A model generated the notes under the pieces. The model was not told where the DNA came from. It worked only from the letters and a program-made list of their open reading frames with translations, and made no database searches. A program made the position numbers and the translations under genes. This document shows, piece after piece, positions 25,622 through 40,300 of a stretch of 64,000 bases of DNA. Origin of the DNA: Tubulanus polymorphus (taxonomy: Eukaryota; Animalia; Nemertea); the NCBI RefSeq assembly GCF_964204645.1, contig NC_134029.1, forward strand, positions 10,318,850 to 10,382,849. Direction: 5' to 3'. The stretch's first letter is position 1. Each line of letters opens with the position of its first letter.

Positions 25622-26259
25622 TTACTAAAAACTTCTCTGCTAGCGTGAACCTGAAAAGAAAGAGACACAATTTTGTCTCAAACTTCACCTAGTTGTCAAC
25701 ATTATCACCTTCGTCATGAGTTTAAAATCGGTAATTACAGCAGGAGAAATTGATAATATGCACCAGACCTCTAATGGAACTTACTGCAGAGCCATAACTG
25801 AAATTTGCGATTGCGATTCATCAATAGTTAAAATTGTTCGTTAAAATTTATCATTTGTCCCAACTAACCAATGTAATAGGGGCCTACACAATAATTCTTA
25901 TACGGCAATCGGTAAAGTGAATCTACCGTGGATTGGAGCCGCCATATTGCAGACTCTGAAGTGGGCCGTGTAAACATCGATGACTTTGAGGGTCGTACAC
26001 AAATATCTTCACGTTAAGTCCCGGCAACATTAACCTACTTGACTGCCAGTGTGGTCTCCATTTTTATTTCTTAAACAATTATGTGAAAGGCATCCAAATA
26101 CTTGATGGTGCGGCACTGTGCCGCATTCGATCTGTTGTCAGACTTCAAGTGATGAAGGAAAACACAGAATAACACCAGAAACACATACCGCCTAGGGCCC
26201 GCGCAATCTCGTCATAATCTCGCATAGAGAAGTGCGAAGTGGAGAAATGTGACGGCCAG

Positions 26260-26358
26260 GATCCAGTTCCACAGTGTTGTGCCCGAGTAAAAATCAATTC
26301 ATTTCCAATGAGTAGCCTCTCCCGGTCAAATCTTAGCTCATGACCCCCAAACTGGGTC
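26260..26358. mobile_element. About 100-bp MITE, inverted sister of 19793-19897
   Basis: CAG|GATCCAGTTCC ... AACTGGGTC|CAG; GTCAAATCTTAGCTCATGAC is the near reverse complement of the 19.8 kb body. Confidence 0.55.
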
Positions 26359-28217
26359 CAGGGGTCTACAAAAATTAGAAAATAATATGCTGTTTTGCTT
26401 TCTCAAAAAAATGTACTCAAGAGGCTTCAAACACATTTAGATTTTAGACAAATTCACTGCAATTCCCCTTGAGCATTTATATCAAGGTGAACAAAACAAT
26501 TGTATTAGCGATCTGGTTTTTCTAGGAGGCCATCCCTTTCTCGCGCCACCGACATCATTCTGCCGTCACATCGGATAGATATCTGCCAATTCTTCGATTC
26601 GAATCCTGGAATTTAAGGACCCTTCATTTGACTGGGTAGGACGAAATGAGGTGGAGAAGTTATTGTCTATTGATTGGCGATTTTTCGATCAGTAAATGTA
26701 ACGCTTGAATATCGGTTCAGTATTTGCGGTGTCTAAGGCTTTTTAAAATTTAGATGATATAAGCAATCAGGGGATCAAATTTTCGTTCAAACGATCCTCC
26801 ATGAAATAATACGGGCGATGTACTAAATTTTTGAAGTTCTTTAAAGCGTACATTATAATATGATTCAACATATTTTGTCCTCGGTAGCACACTATCCATT
26901 GAAATGAAAACCTACTTAACACTAATACTATCGAATGTTGGTAGCTTATACAGAGGAATGCAAGTGAAACGTACGGGTGCGGACAAAGGTTTTGCGGGTA
27001 ATAATCAGGTTATTTTGTGCGTACTAATTGAATAGTCCCCCCCCCCCACCAATGGTGAAAAACTATGTTGCATACATCAGTATAAATTCAATTCAATGAG
27101 ACCTATGTTTACACATGATAGAAATTAACATAATTGATATTGGTATAAATCTAACGAATAATGTAGTAATGTTTTACATCAAAATTATGCAGTTTTAACG
27201 TATGGATTGGAAGAAACCAAAACAGATTTCTTTCGTTCGTGGAAAGCATAAAGGGCGGCAACGAAATTCAAAAATATTTCTCAGCGCTTAAAAAGTCACG
27301 TATTACGTTTTTTTTAAGGGTTGAGCAATATTTCTGACGATGCTTTCGTAACCGTCTATAATGCGTTCGGTAAAAGAACGATGTGTGTTTTGGCTCCAAT
27401 GCCCCAACAGAACGTAGCCAAGCTGTTTGAGTTTACAATCAGAGGGTTCTCGCCCACCTCCACCCGAGTACAAATATCCGACACGAATATCGTTAGGTGG
27501 CAGTCACACCTCCGCAAGCATTTGATTTATCGTTATGCCCTGAGCAGTTGACAAAATGCTGCGTTAATGCAATCGAATTCAACAAATTGCTTTAACACAA
27601 ACAATTCTTTGCAATAACCGGGTAAAATGTATTTGGTTTCTCATGCATAATCGGTACATTGACGTGTAATTAGATAAGTAAAAAATTATAAATCGCCCTG
27701 CCAACATATATCGTTAAGTAGATTTTTGGTGTAACTGGTTTCGCCGCAATTATGCAGCGAAATATCGCTCAAGGTAGGTAGTTTATTGCGAAGGTGTGAC
27801 CATGGCTTAGAGTAAGGCGACAGTTTTCGCCCCACGAAGCTGCTATGTATATCATATCATATGTATTTTCCGTCACCTTTAATTAACTACAGCTAAACAT
27901 ACAAAATCTTTTAAGATCAATGCATTTCGTAATCGGATCGCATCGTCGCTACTATCAAACGCCGAATAGTTATGAAAATACGATAATAATTACAATCATA
28001 TAATCTGCGGAACTTTCATAGATTTCTTTGTAGAAATCTGACTCGTATAAGCAGTTTTTTCCACACTTATTCAATATACGGAAATATATACAATAAAAAC
28101 CAAGTTGCGCATCGGCCGCCACTTGATGATGAGCCATCACGAGATTACTCCTAAATCTTGACGCCTTCGTTTTCAAAGAAATATATATGTACATATACGT
28201 GAATATTCGCTGATTAC

Positions 28218-28315
28218 TTATGTGCACGTCTTACAACAGAGATTCTTATATTGTGTGTATCGACATAGCTTCAACATCTTTATCAGTCCACAATAAGTCG
28301 TTCGGTCCGTACAGC
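28218..28315 (-). CDS. madd-4: ADAMTSL last exon, PLAC domain
   Basis: ttacag|GC then CTDRTTYCGLIKMLKLCRYTQYKNLCCKTCT*. Confidence 0.9.
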
Positions 28316-31300
28316 CTGTAAATAAAAAGACTTCACTTATTTTCTCTGATGAATTTCATCGGAAGATGCAAGCAGCTTTTTCGTAGCGTAATAGCCGGAC
28401 ATCCTTAGTATCCAGGCACCCTTTCATGGTTCAATTTTGATGCTTGTTTAAAAGATTATTCGTTATTTCAATACCTATAATCATTTCTACCTTGTCTACG
28501 AACACTAGACGTATACTAAGTCAAAGTCTAATTTTCCTTATTATGTGATTTTAATTGATTCAAACGTATTGAATCGGTTGATGAATACATCATTAACATC
28601 TCGTATGCATTTCGGACTGTAAACATTACCTAATCTTGTAACGTATTTAAATAAAAATGAATTACTTATAAAAAATAAAGTCCGAAACCCGCAATAGAGT
28701 GCTTACGGTCGGCTCTTTCTTTTTAAAATATGGCGTGATGGCGCGTTGTACAGTGACTTTTTTATGCAGTTCGCTTCGATAATCAATAGTGTGTATTAGT
28801 AATGCACTTATTGAACATTATTTTTCATTTTCCTATAATGAACTATGAAAGTCAAAACTATCGAGTAGATGAGACCATCGGTAAGTTGTGCCCTAATAAA
28901 CCAATGAATCAAGTGGAAAAAGAATAGCACAGAATTCTTCGGTCTATTCATAGTTTAGGTATGGTAATAAGGATGACATTCCCAGCCATTCACAAAATGA
29001 TTGGGCATGTGTCCCTTGGGATTACAGAATATACCACTTTATACTTCATTCGTTTGAAATTTTGTAGTTTAGATGTTTGAAATAAAGAAAATAAGCAAAG
29101 TGACCATTTCTTGGTTCTGCCTTAACCTTCTATGGATCGAGTCTCTGAAAAACTCCCGCCCTCGTTTCATATGAGTATTATACAGTGAATAATTTTTGGA
29201 TTCAAAAAGAAAAAACCTCCCGCCCTCATCCCCTTGGAAAGATATGAAAATACGAGTTTATTTACTCTTTTTTATCATAAAAAAAAGAAAAGAGTCGCCC
29301 ACCTTCATTATTTCTAAAAATTAAGCGGTTTGGGTGAGGAACAAGCTACAACAAGGGCCTAAATAACACCAGATGGCGACATCATACAAAAACATCTTTT
29401 TATTTGAATGGATATCTCTATGCATAGATAGTCAAAATTAGTTAACTATGTTATTCCTGTTTGTTCATTTAAACAAACAGATTATGTTATCGAATTTGTA
29501 AATTTTCTACAGTGTAATAACATCCGTAAATTTTGTGTTGTCCCTCTAATACCTGTAATGGGTTTGAGTGTTAAATGAAATAAATGAATAGATAAAATAA
29601 ATATCATTATTTAACCATCACAGAAGGCCATATGCCTTTTCAGTAAATAGGTTTTTCGTCATTTTTTCATACTAAATTAGATTCGCAGAGCGGCCACATT
29701 CAATCCGATTAAAAGAATACACACCGTTGCACTATTAATGGGGTTCGCATGTTCGCACACTCGAGCAAACGAGCATTAATTCTAACAAAACATCTACGGT
29801 ACCGATGGATAAACCGCGCGCATGTCTAATATTCATCTACTTCCAGTCGAACGTATATATATTTGTTTTTTTCCAACATAGTTTACTTCGTATTGAGGAG
29901 ACCATGAAAACATCGCGAAGCTGGAAAATACCTCAAATATTTTGTATATCCGTATGGTGAGCCATCTGGTGTTTTTAGCAGTTGTTAGAGATAATTGACC
30001 TTTAATCGGATGTTTTGACGACGGAAATTGATATTTCATAAGTACAGACAAATAGAAAAAAAGGATTGGTTTTTACTCGGTCCTAGTTTTTGTAGGGCAA
30101 GGTTGTCAGAGCAGACTAGAAAAAGTCCCCAACGACACGACGTCCAGGGCTATAAATGCTTTGTATCATTTTGAATTTCACTATAATTGTGCATACGATA
30201 AGTACTGTTGGCAACGGATAATGAAGATGAGATGCGGTAATTATACCGACCAGACATATCCGAATAGACTATCAATATAAAGATGTCAAGGTCAGAGTAA
30301 TTTTCTACGAACATCTATCATTTTCATTTGCACTAATAAGTCCTTGATTGGAATAAATATGACAACTTAACCATGCATCTAATTTCATCTTTTCCCTAGG
30401 AATTTCTGATCATGATGATCTTGATACCATGTTGATAACATGTTATCAAGTAACATACATACTGGGTTCACATGCGGTTGTGTAGCATGGTTTCACAACT
30501 GCTGGTCTTTTCATATCTTTGCACGCAGTCCCTGCAGTTTTTTCGCTATTTCGCCAGACGCAATGTAATGACCTACTCTGTATACCTCTTCCTCCACACG
30601 TTCTTGAACACTGTACACGAATGAATAAAAACTTTTAATGAACACATCGCGATATTCGATGCTTTACTGTGTGCTAGCCAAATGTCATTAATTTGCGCTG
30701 ATTTAAATCATCATTGATATTTGAAAGAGAAGTGTCCAGAGGTGAAGGAACACAACGTTTACTTGGTAAACACAATTTCAATAATCAATGGGTGGGGTTT
30801 TTTCGTAAAAAGAAGCAATTGACCTTGAACTTTATGACAATCATAGTTGACATGCCATTTGATTTCAAGATATACTGGTACCAGCATTAAGTACTAATAG
30901 AGAAATGTCCCTTAATATCGTTCTCTGGTGGACAAAGACCAATAATTTAGAAGGTCACCATGATGGAAAGTGTCATCAGCAACAACCTCACAATAATTTA
31001 AATGATTACTTAAATAATAAGAGTTGTTCATGAAAAATATGTATATTCAGTAATCGGTTTTTCAATTATTTCATTCATAACGGATAATCCCTATTCGTCG
31101 TGAGGAGTAACCCATGATAGTATATGATAAGTTAATACGCGTTGATACTTTTCCATACATGAAAGTGAACTTGCCAGGCAACAAGGATGGTGGCTTAATG
31201 TACGTGACGCCTGTGTGATAGGTATTCCCTCCCAACACATACATATCTAAAATTTCAATGCAACAATAAAACTAATAAAGTAGTCGGAGAAACCTATTTA

Positions 31301-34300
31301 CACCAAATCTTAATACCATTGATAGAAGTTACTTCCGGAAATTTCACTATACATGGGGAAATTTTAGCTAATTGAATATTCAAAACGAGGATGAAAACAA
31401 AAATTTGGGTAATCCCAATTCCATATTAGGAGACGTGTGATTTATCTAAAAATCAAGATTTTAAGTCAAAACCTGATGATATTTTACTCAAAAAAGCATT
31501 TTTACCATCTACGAATGATAACTAATGAGACTAGGATGGGCACCAATTGCGTAAAAATTGACTGATAAAAAAATCTGACGTTTTAGGCCACAAAATAGTC
31601 ATAGAACGGCCATCTTGAGTCCAATCAACCGACTATTTGTTATGGGCCTTATGTGGAGACATGAAAAATCTGGATAATTATTCGAATTCAAAATATTCTC
31701 TAAAACATTGAAAATGAGCAAAAAGTGTTAATTTTGGAAAATAACAATGACCTCCCTCCAGCTCGCCATCCTGATTCTGATCGGACCCGTTCTTTTAAGG
31801 CTGATATATACAAACCAAATTTCAAGACAAAACACCAAAAGTATGATATTTGAAAATTTCCCAATACCACTGATAAAAACATTGTATAAAAATTCAACGT
31901 AATAACCCGTCGAAGCGTCACCATGAATGGGCTAAAAAAATTTAGAAAAGTATGGATTCTTCGTATTGTAAATACATGTAATGGGATATTAATATACTTG
32001 TTAAGCGTGTACGTACTTGCGACCAGGTTGATAGCAACCAAACGGGCGTACAACCGATGTTTACACACATCCGCTCATTACTTGGTCTCGTAGCCTCGGC
32101 GCACATGTCAGGTTTGACGTGGGTGCCATTTTTATAGCGACACATTAACGGACGATGCTGCATCGCCATGTGATACCTTACACATGTATTCGGACACTAG
32201 AATAAACCATAGTGTATAATTATAACATAGTAATTCTCATCTTAAATTTCATGTTATCCTATAGATACACCTGTACACCATGCAACATTTACGTATAATC
32301 TGCCAGTTCAAATCTACCTCGCCTTGTGGTTTAATTTAACTGGAGTGCTGCTGCTAAAACCCCTCGGTTGCTGAATGAGGAGAGGGGATGTACTGTGTAA
32401 ATCATGGATACCCGAGGAGTGTCTAGCATCCATAAATAGTTAAACTAGTGAGTCAGCTATTCAACAATGTTGACTAATGACGTACGACAAGATACAGTTT
32501 ACAGTTTATTTGACAAACTCAAGGTCAACAATTTAGACAATATGGGTGAGAGATGGAACAATATAGAGAATAACATAGCGGCGAATGCCGTGTTTACACA
32601 AATATCTTAGCAATTTTACTTATAAAGATACAAGAACAATTTCAAAACAGTATTGCAGGATATGCATATATACCTTTTAGGCCATTCAGTATAAAGGCCT
32701 ACGTGATGAAAGGTATTTTGAGGATCCAATATCGCTGCCAGTCAGGCAACTCGAATACGAATTACAAAAATCGAAGGGGTTTTAAGCCATAACCATATAC
32801 TTTCAAAAAGAAGGCTCTACTTCAAAAACTGCACCCCGTACAAGGAACGGCGTATTTGCCGGATACATATGGCCACCAATCAGCAATCCTGAATGCGGTT
32901 AACATAAAAAATAGGGTAGGTTGAGGGTTCTTGAGCAATGACATACACCATATGTTAAACTTGGGGCCCAGGGACACCATGCCCACTTGGGAAGTGGTTT
33001 CAAATGCTCAACAATCTAACGATTTCAATATTCAACGCCCCCTGATGACCATATTCAAAATCCAATTACCTTGAAACTCACCACAATCATAGAACATGTC
33101 AGCAGCTAGGATTTTGTAATTGATTGTGATAACAAAATATGCCTCGTTACCAATTTAATATGGAAATACTAAGTTATTCTACTATTCAACGCTCCCTGGT
33201 GACCATATTCAAAACCCAAATACCTTGTAACCCACCACAATCATAGAACATGTCATGAACTATAACTTTGCAATTGATCATGGTAACAAAATATGCCTAG
33301 GTACCAATATAATAAAGAAATACTAGGTTATTCTACTATTCATCGCCCCCTGGTGACCAGATAGAATAGCTGATTTCCTTAAAACTCACCACAATCATAG
33401 ACGATGTCATGAGCTACAACTTTGCAATCGATTGTTGTAACAAAATATGTGTTGGTACAAATGTAATATAAAAATACTCAGATATTGTATTACTCAACGC
33501 CCCCTGATGGCCATATACAAAATACAATGAACTTGAAACTCACCACAATCATAGAAAATGTAATAAGCTACAACTTCCTAATTCATTGTGGTAACAAAAC
33601 ATGCTTAGGTATCAATATAATGTCGAAAAACGTTTTCCCACCTACGAATGAGTAATGATGACACCAAGATGGCCGCCAATTGCGCCATAATTGGCTGATC
33701 GAAAATACCTGTCTCAGGTATAAAATATCCCTTTCCAAAGAATACCCATCAGCAATTGCAATGAGAGATGGCAAACCAATAGGAAGCTACAGGACTCAGA
33801 ATTCGTGCCAGTATTGACATTTTTGGGCACTTAGCAAGATCATAGGACGACCATCTTGAGTCCGATCAACCCAATTTTTGTTATGCTGATGGGCCCTGGG
33901 GGTTCAAATATATACAAAAGATCAAGGTAATTGGACAAGGCGTCTTCAAAATTTCCCTCAAAAAGTTCAAAAAACGTGTAAAAAGTGCTGATTTTGGCGA
34001 ACAACAATGGCTGCCAGTCGGCCATCATGATTCTGACAGGGCCAGTTTTTGGGCTGAAGATGTGTCTAGGGTAGATACATGCATAAACCAAATATCAAGA
34101 CATTACTTTGAAGCGTCTTCAAAACTTCCCAAAATAACTGGATTCCGTCTACGGATGGACGACGGACGAAAAGTGAACGCAATAGCCCGCCGGGACTAAA
34201 GTCCCAACTGGGCTAAAAACACTCTACTTTGAAAAATGGAATCTTGCATGATGGGAACGAATATTCAGAACTAACCGGCAGGCGGACAGATACGGGCAAC

Positions 34301-37300
34301 GACATTTCTTACGTTCTACGATCGAGGGGTAAAAACGTGAAGATTGGTATAAGAGTCATTCATAAAAGAAGAATGGTGATTTTTGTATCCAGGATTAAGG
34401 AATACTATGGAATTAGAATTACCTGTATTTGCCACGGACCAGCTTCCCAGTGAGGGCATTCTCCATAGCCACATGGCCTTGTTGAGGGTGGCTTTTTTAT
34501 ACCAGCCTGTTCGCACATTCTTTCTTCAACCTGACGAAAATATTCTTCCATAATAACCTCACACGTCACCTTCCGAAGTTGTACCCCTGTCCCATTACAG
34601 GAACGTGAGCACTGTTGCCATTCTGACGTTACATAGTCGTATGGCGTCAACGAGTAATTGTAACTCGAATCCCAAGCATCCGATAATAAAAATTTTCCCT
34701 TGCGGGCAGATTGGGCTGCAGTTGAACTTAGCCTGTCAAGCATATTAGCTCTTTGTTTGATATAAGCCTTTCTGTAGCTGAAGAGTTTCTTTCCTCTGTA
34801 CCGACTGTGAAATGTAAGTGTCGTGTTAGCTGTCGTTTTGCCAGCTACGCATGTATATTTGCCAGTATCACGAGGTCGGGATCGTAAGATTTTCAATACT
34901 CCTTTTCGTGTCTGTCTTACGCGGCCTTTTAGCGCCAATCTCTTTCCATTCTTCAACCAGTACACCTTTTTTCGCCGGTAATACTTCACTGGGCAGCGGA
35001 TTACTAGCGAGGTGCCCGGAATTACAGTCATCTTACCTCCAACCACTAATTTCAAAGATGCTTTATTTTTCGTTTGCACATAATCCGAGCCGTCCGAAAA
35101 TATCTTTGGCGGAACATCTGGTTTGGTAACTTTACCAGAGCAGATAGTATTCTTACAAGCCTTCCATGCATCCGGTCTTTCGTTTGGACATTTCAGTTCA
35201 TCTGGTCCTCTGTGGGTAACAGTTGTACCGTTTGCAAGGGTCTGTTCGCATTTTACGTCTCGCATTTTCATACCTTTCCCGCAAGCTGGCGCGCACTAAA
35301 ATGTAATGTAGCCTATTTTTAGGTTGATGAAACAAACTTGCAAGGACTCAAGGTACATGCCCACTAGGTGAAATGCTTGACAATCAATATTCAACACCCC
35401 CTGGTGAATTTATACAGTAGGCTCGAATGTCTTACCATAATCTAGAACATAGAATCCATGAGCAAATTGCATTCTGCGATTGATTGTGGTTCGAAAATAT
35501 GCATAGCTTTCCGCTTGACGTCGCCCCTGGCGGACATATACAGATACCAATGACCTTGAAACTCACCAAAATGATACACCTAATCGTGAGCTACACATTA
35601 ACGCATATGGATAGACTGATAAGACTAAGATTGCCACCAATTGAGTAAATATTGGCTGGTCGAAAACCCTGTGTTTAGACCCACCCAAAGTTTACCCATC
35701 ACGAATTTCAACAGAAAATGGCTAACCCTTTGTAAGGTCTCTGAATTCAATATATCGATATAAATAAGTATACTTTATCAATGAAACAATGTCGTGATAT
35801 TTATGTCGACTTTTTGCGATATTGTCTCAATAAATTGACATACATTTTTAGGTTAACTCGCGGTAATTATGTCGAAGGTACGGTAATGTCGAGATACAGT
35901 ATATCGACATAAGTTTAAGTCGTATCACGTATCACGTATCCGTATCACGATTTACCGTGATAAGTTTTCGCGATACCACGACATTAACGCGATGTATCGA
36001 CTTAACGCGATGTATCAACTTAATTATGTCGATAAATCGCTATATATATATCTCGTTTTTTCGACATAATTTCGTCGTGATAAAGGCTCGCGACGGTTTT
36101 GTACGAGTCCCAAAAAGTCGACTTTTTAAAGACGAAATGTCGACTTTTTAAACTGAAAATAAAATGTTGTTGGCCGCATTGCTCTTCCGTACTATAGTCA
36201 GCGAATGCGAATGCACTGTTTACATACATTTATTGAGCAATAAGACAACTAGACAACTTAATGTTCCTCATTTCTACTCGAGGTAAACTGTTATAAGGCC
36301 TACAGCAAAACCATGGCATTACCTTTGACCAACGACCGGCGATCCATACTGCAGTACAATCTTTAGTATTACATCGACGGAACGTTTCGGGATACGGTTT
36401 ACTACATTTATGAGGTGGGTGTTTTACAGTGGTGTAAGGTTCTCTGCTGACTTCTTCGATACATTCAGCCAGTCGTTTCTGTGTACCACTACCGCACGTA
36501 ACCCCGCATTCACCCCAAGGTTCCATATGCCAACTACAATCAAACACGAATATATCAGAAATATTCATATATACGTCATGTCATATCTTAAACAGTTCAG
36601 CGATAATTCAAGTTTACTCAAAAATGCTTTCATTAGATATATGACATATTTTCATGGGTTAATATGTATTGATCGAACTGCAGTAAGTCTCTCGCCATTG
36701 TAATCTCGATCTCGATTGTACATCGACTCTCAACAGTCATTCATCGTCCACGCCTTTGTGAAGGCACGGAACCCAAAATTAAAACAAGGGGTGTATATAC
36801 AATGGTGAACTCCAGATATTTAAATGAAAGAAAGAAAAAATTTCATATTTATTCGTATCTAACAATAGTATAAATCACTATAGGATTTACAGTTTGAAGC
36901 TATTCAAAACAGTAATTTGATGGCACTCATCGATATATAATAAACAACGTTCACATGAACGATAAACGGTCGACTGATTCAGCAGTTTACAAGAAAAGAA
37001 AACTGATAGAAAATATGGAAATTAATGCTACATCAGATGTTGTAAACGAGCATAATCATACCCACTTAACAAATAAATAGACCATCGAAAAAGGGAATTG
37101 TTCATCCTTAAATTACTGTATCATCATATATCACACTGTATTATGATTTAAGGATCGTGCTGGTTTGATGTCGTGTGATATTATGCTGCTCTTTCGTGTT
37201 TCATATTCGTTTTGAAATCAGATCACAAACTTTTTGAATTGAAATTTGCTGATATTTCAGAATCGAAGCAGTCCAATCGTTGGTCGTTGGTGATCGATAT

Positions 37301-40300
37301 CAAAGTAAATGAAAAACAACTGATCGTAAAAAGCCCCCGTTATCGTTCACAATAGGAATTCATTCCGCGTAGAGTATTGTATTGCACCTATTTACACTTA
37401 TAATGACACAGTCGTACACAATATAGCCGTGATAGATAATTGGTAGTTATTTTCAAAATTACGGCATTCTGTTATGCTATGTTTTCTAATCAAGTACGTC
37501 AAAGCGTGAATAAAATTCTAGGCTGAATCTCATCAATGATTTTGAAAATTAATTTCACCACAGTACACGGGATTGAACTTTACCGCATTTATCTACCTAA
37601 GAACAGCTCACTGCCATTCTTAATCTGTTTGAATCGAATATCTTTAAATAAAACATTGGTAGTCTAATTGGGGTAGATCTAATATTAATGGTATTACACG
37701 GGCGTATTACATCGTATCACACATTACGTCTGCCTTGTTTATGTTTTATATGGGCACCCTTGATATATATACATGCGATAGTTATTATAACGGCGTTACC
37801 TAAAAAGCGGCGGAATTTTCATTTATAGCCCCGATGTTATCATGAACGTACTATTATGCTTATTTATTCAGCGTGTTACTTTTTCAATTGCGCAGTAGGT
37901 GGTTCAACACAGTGTGTGAGAAGAAAATTATTTATATTTACAACAAACATGAAAGCAAAATTATCATTACTTTTTCATGATATCCTGCAGAGTGTACTTG
38001 CCTTGGAGGGCAGGGAATCTCGTTACAAGGTCGACTTACAACCGGCGGCTTTCGCTTAAGGTCGCAGTGGTGGTCTCGGACACGTTTTCTATCGACATCA
38101 CGAACACATTCCACTACTGCTGTGCGTAAACCTTTCGAATTATAAGCATAGATTAGCATTGCATTTAATCTTTTTTTAAATACCAAAAAATTGTATTCAA
38201 TCTTTTTATTACTTTAAATCGATTCTACGAAGGCAAAGTGGATTCGGAGAAATGACTAAAATTGTCTATACATTTTGTTCGTGGAATGAAGGAAGCATTT
38301 TTATCTTAAGTGGAAGAAATTCAAGTTTTACCTCCAAGGCAGGAAGCGCTGCACGGTTTGAACCTCGCGTATCTCCACAGGTATTGTATATCTCCCGGAA
38401 TCATATTGGCAGCTTCCTGTTCATAGGTTTCGACGGAGCACTTGGCCAGGTTACACGACTGAAGATCCGGGGGTCGTGGTTTTACTAGGAAGATAATGAT
38501 TATTTAACGAAACATTAAGAACACACAATCACTTGTTTCGTCTAAATCTAATGTTGATTTATTTTACCGCATCTCAAAATGTGTAATAAATAATATCAAA
38601 TAAACAAAATAAATCAGCACATCTGAAGAAAAAATTCCTTTGCAATTATGCAATTCCAATCGGGAATCGACTTAATCCGAATAACTGGACATAATTGATA
38701 TGATTTTTGTCAACTATCAACATCATTCCCATGAAACACATATTCATTCGTTTCCCAAAACGGACACAGCAAATCACTTATCATCAATTGCTACAGTAAC
38801 ACTATCAAACTAGATACAGCAGGCTCTGCTTGTCTCGGATCTCGAATCAATCAATTTTCTCTGGGAGTAGCGAATTCCTGGGGCAGACGTAGTGGCGATG
38901 GATCATCAACACGTGAATAGGAGTTGGCAAATTCTAAAAATGTCCGGACATGAGATAATCTGAGGCAGTCAAAGCAAGCGAATTCTTATGTAGAATAATT
39001 CTGAAATAATACAGAACATTGATTTTTGCCGTTTCTGGAGGAAAAAGTTGCCATTCATGTGGCTTTTCATATTTGATGGTTCACGTGGTACATCTACCAA
39101 ACGTAACATTACCACTTGTATCATCCTATCCCTAAGGGGACGTCTGAGATTTTTATCATAAACATTTTACATACGCCTAGAATAATATCATTATTTCTTA
39201 TCAAAATAGCAAACAATACTTTGTACTGGGGTGTAATTATAAGTATACACGTACGCGTCTGTTATTTCATGAAATACGTCTAGGCATACTCTCACGTGGA
39301 GAACCAAGGGCGCATTTTCGTGGAGCATCATTTTTTCCTCTCACCCATAAATCCTAATGATACTCCTTGACCTATGCTATCGCTAAATTTCTCGGAAGTT
39401 TGATCAAGTATAGTTTTTCTTTATTCGAGGAATGTCTAGAAAATAGTTTGCAACGCCCAGATGCTAAACACTCAATAGGCCAAAAACCCGGTCAAGGGTA
39501 TATTCTGTTGAAATGTTCAAATGATTTCAGTCGTATTTTTATCGATTATCCCAAGGATCAACATCAAAATACAAATGGGATAAAGTGTATTTCAAGTTCT
39601 AGCTTAATGCATCCGAAGAGAACCGCGGAAATCAGAAAATGAATTCAATACACTCTTTTCTTGTGTCTTTTGGGTGGTCCATATATTTTCCATGAAATTG
39701 AAAAAAAAATATTTTCATCAAAAGCACGAAGGTATCCAAGCGTTCTTGCAGGTTATACGATGTAAAGTAAATATATCCCAACAACAAATTCTATGATTCC
39801 AATGGATCTTAAAGATATCTAAAGATACTCGACTAAAAGAAAGATAATGTGATATTATCCATTTCCACGATTAATGAATAATCATTCAACAATAGCATCA
39901 AAGTAATATTGAAAGAATCATTTGCTTAAACACATCCACCATGGAGTCTCACGAAACAATCTTATTCCAACTTTATTTTCTTTTTGGATGAGCTCGCGGA
40001 AAGTTGTTTTCCGGAGAAACCCCAGCTCGTAATGAAAATATTGATTTCCACGATACTTTTCACAAAGATACAGATATTATCTCGATGTGAAGCTTGATAC
40101 CGAATTGCATTCTGCGTGTTGTGTGCTCAGTTCGAATGAGTCGACACACCAGACAGCAAACATAGCAGCTAATTACCATCTGGACGTTGGCATCTGATGA
40201 ATGTACATTCGCTACGTCGGTTCAATCTGTGAGTACTTAGACTGGATTTTGGAGTAATTCAGTCCTATTACACCAAGGTTCAATAAATTGATATACGACA

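Noticed and set aside
35750-36150. GTCGAC/ATATCG-rich stretch as another IS3EU-like copy
   Set aside because: The composition resembles the 40.6 kb elements but no TAYGG..GATAAGGG ends or TSD are visible.
40178-40227. Extra ADAMTSL exon (LNRRSECTFIRCQRPD)
   Set aside because: Its phase does not fit the 42705 donor, and the flanking exons already join into a complete TSP1.
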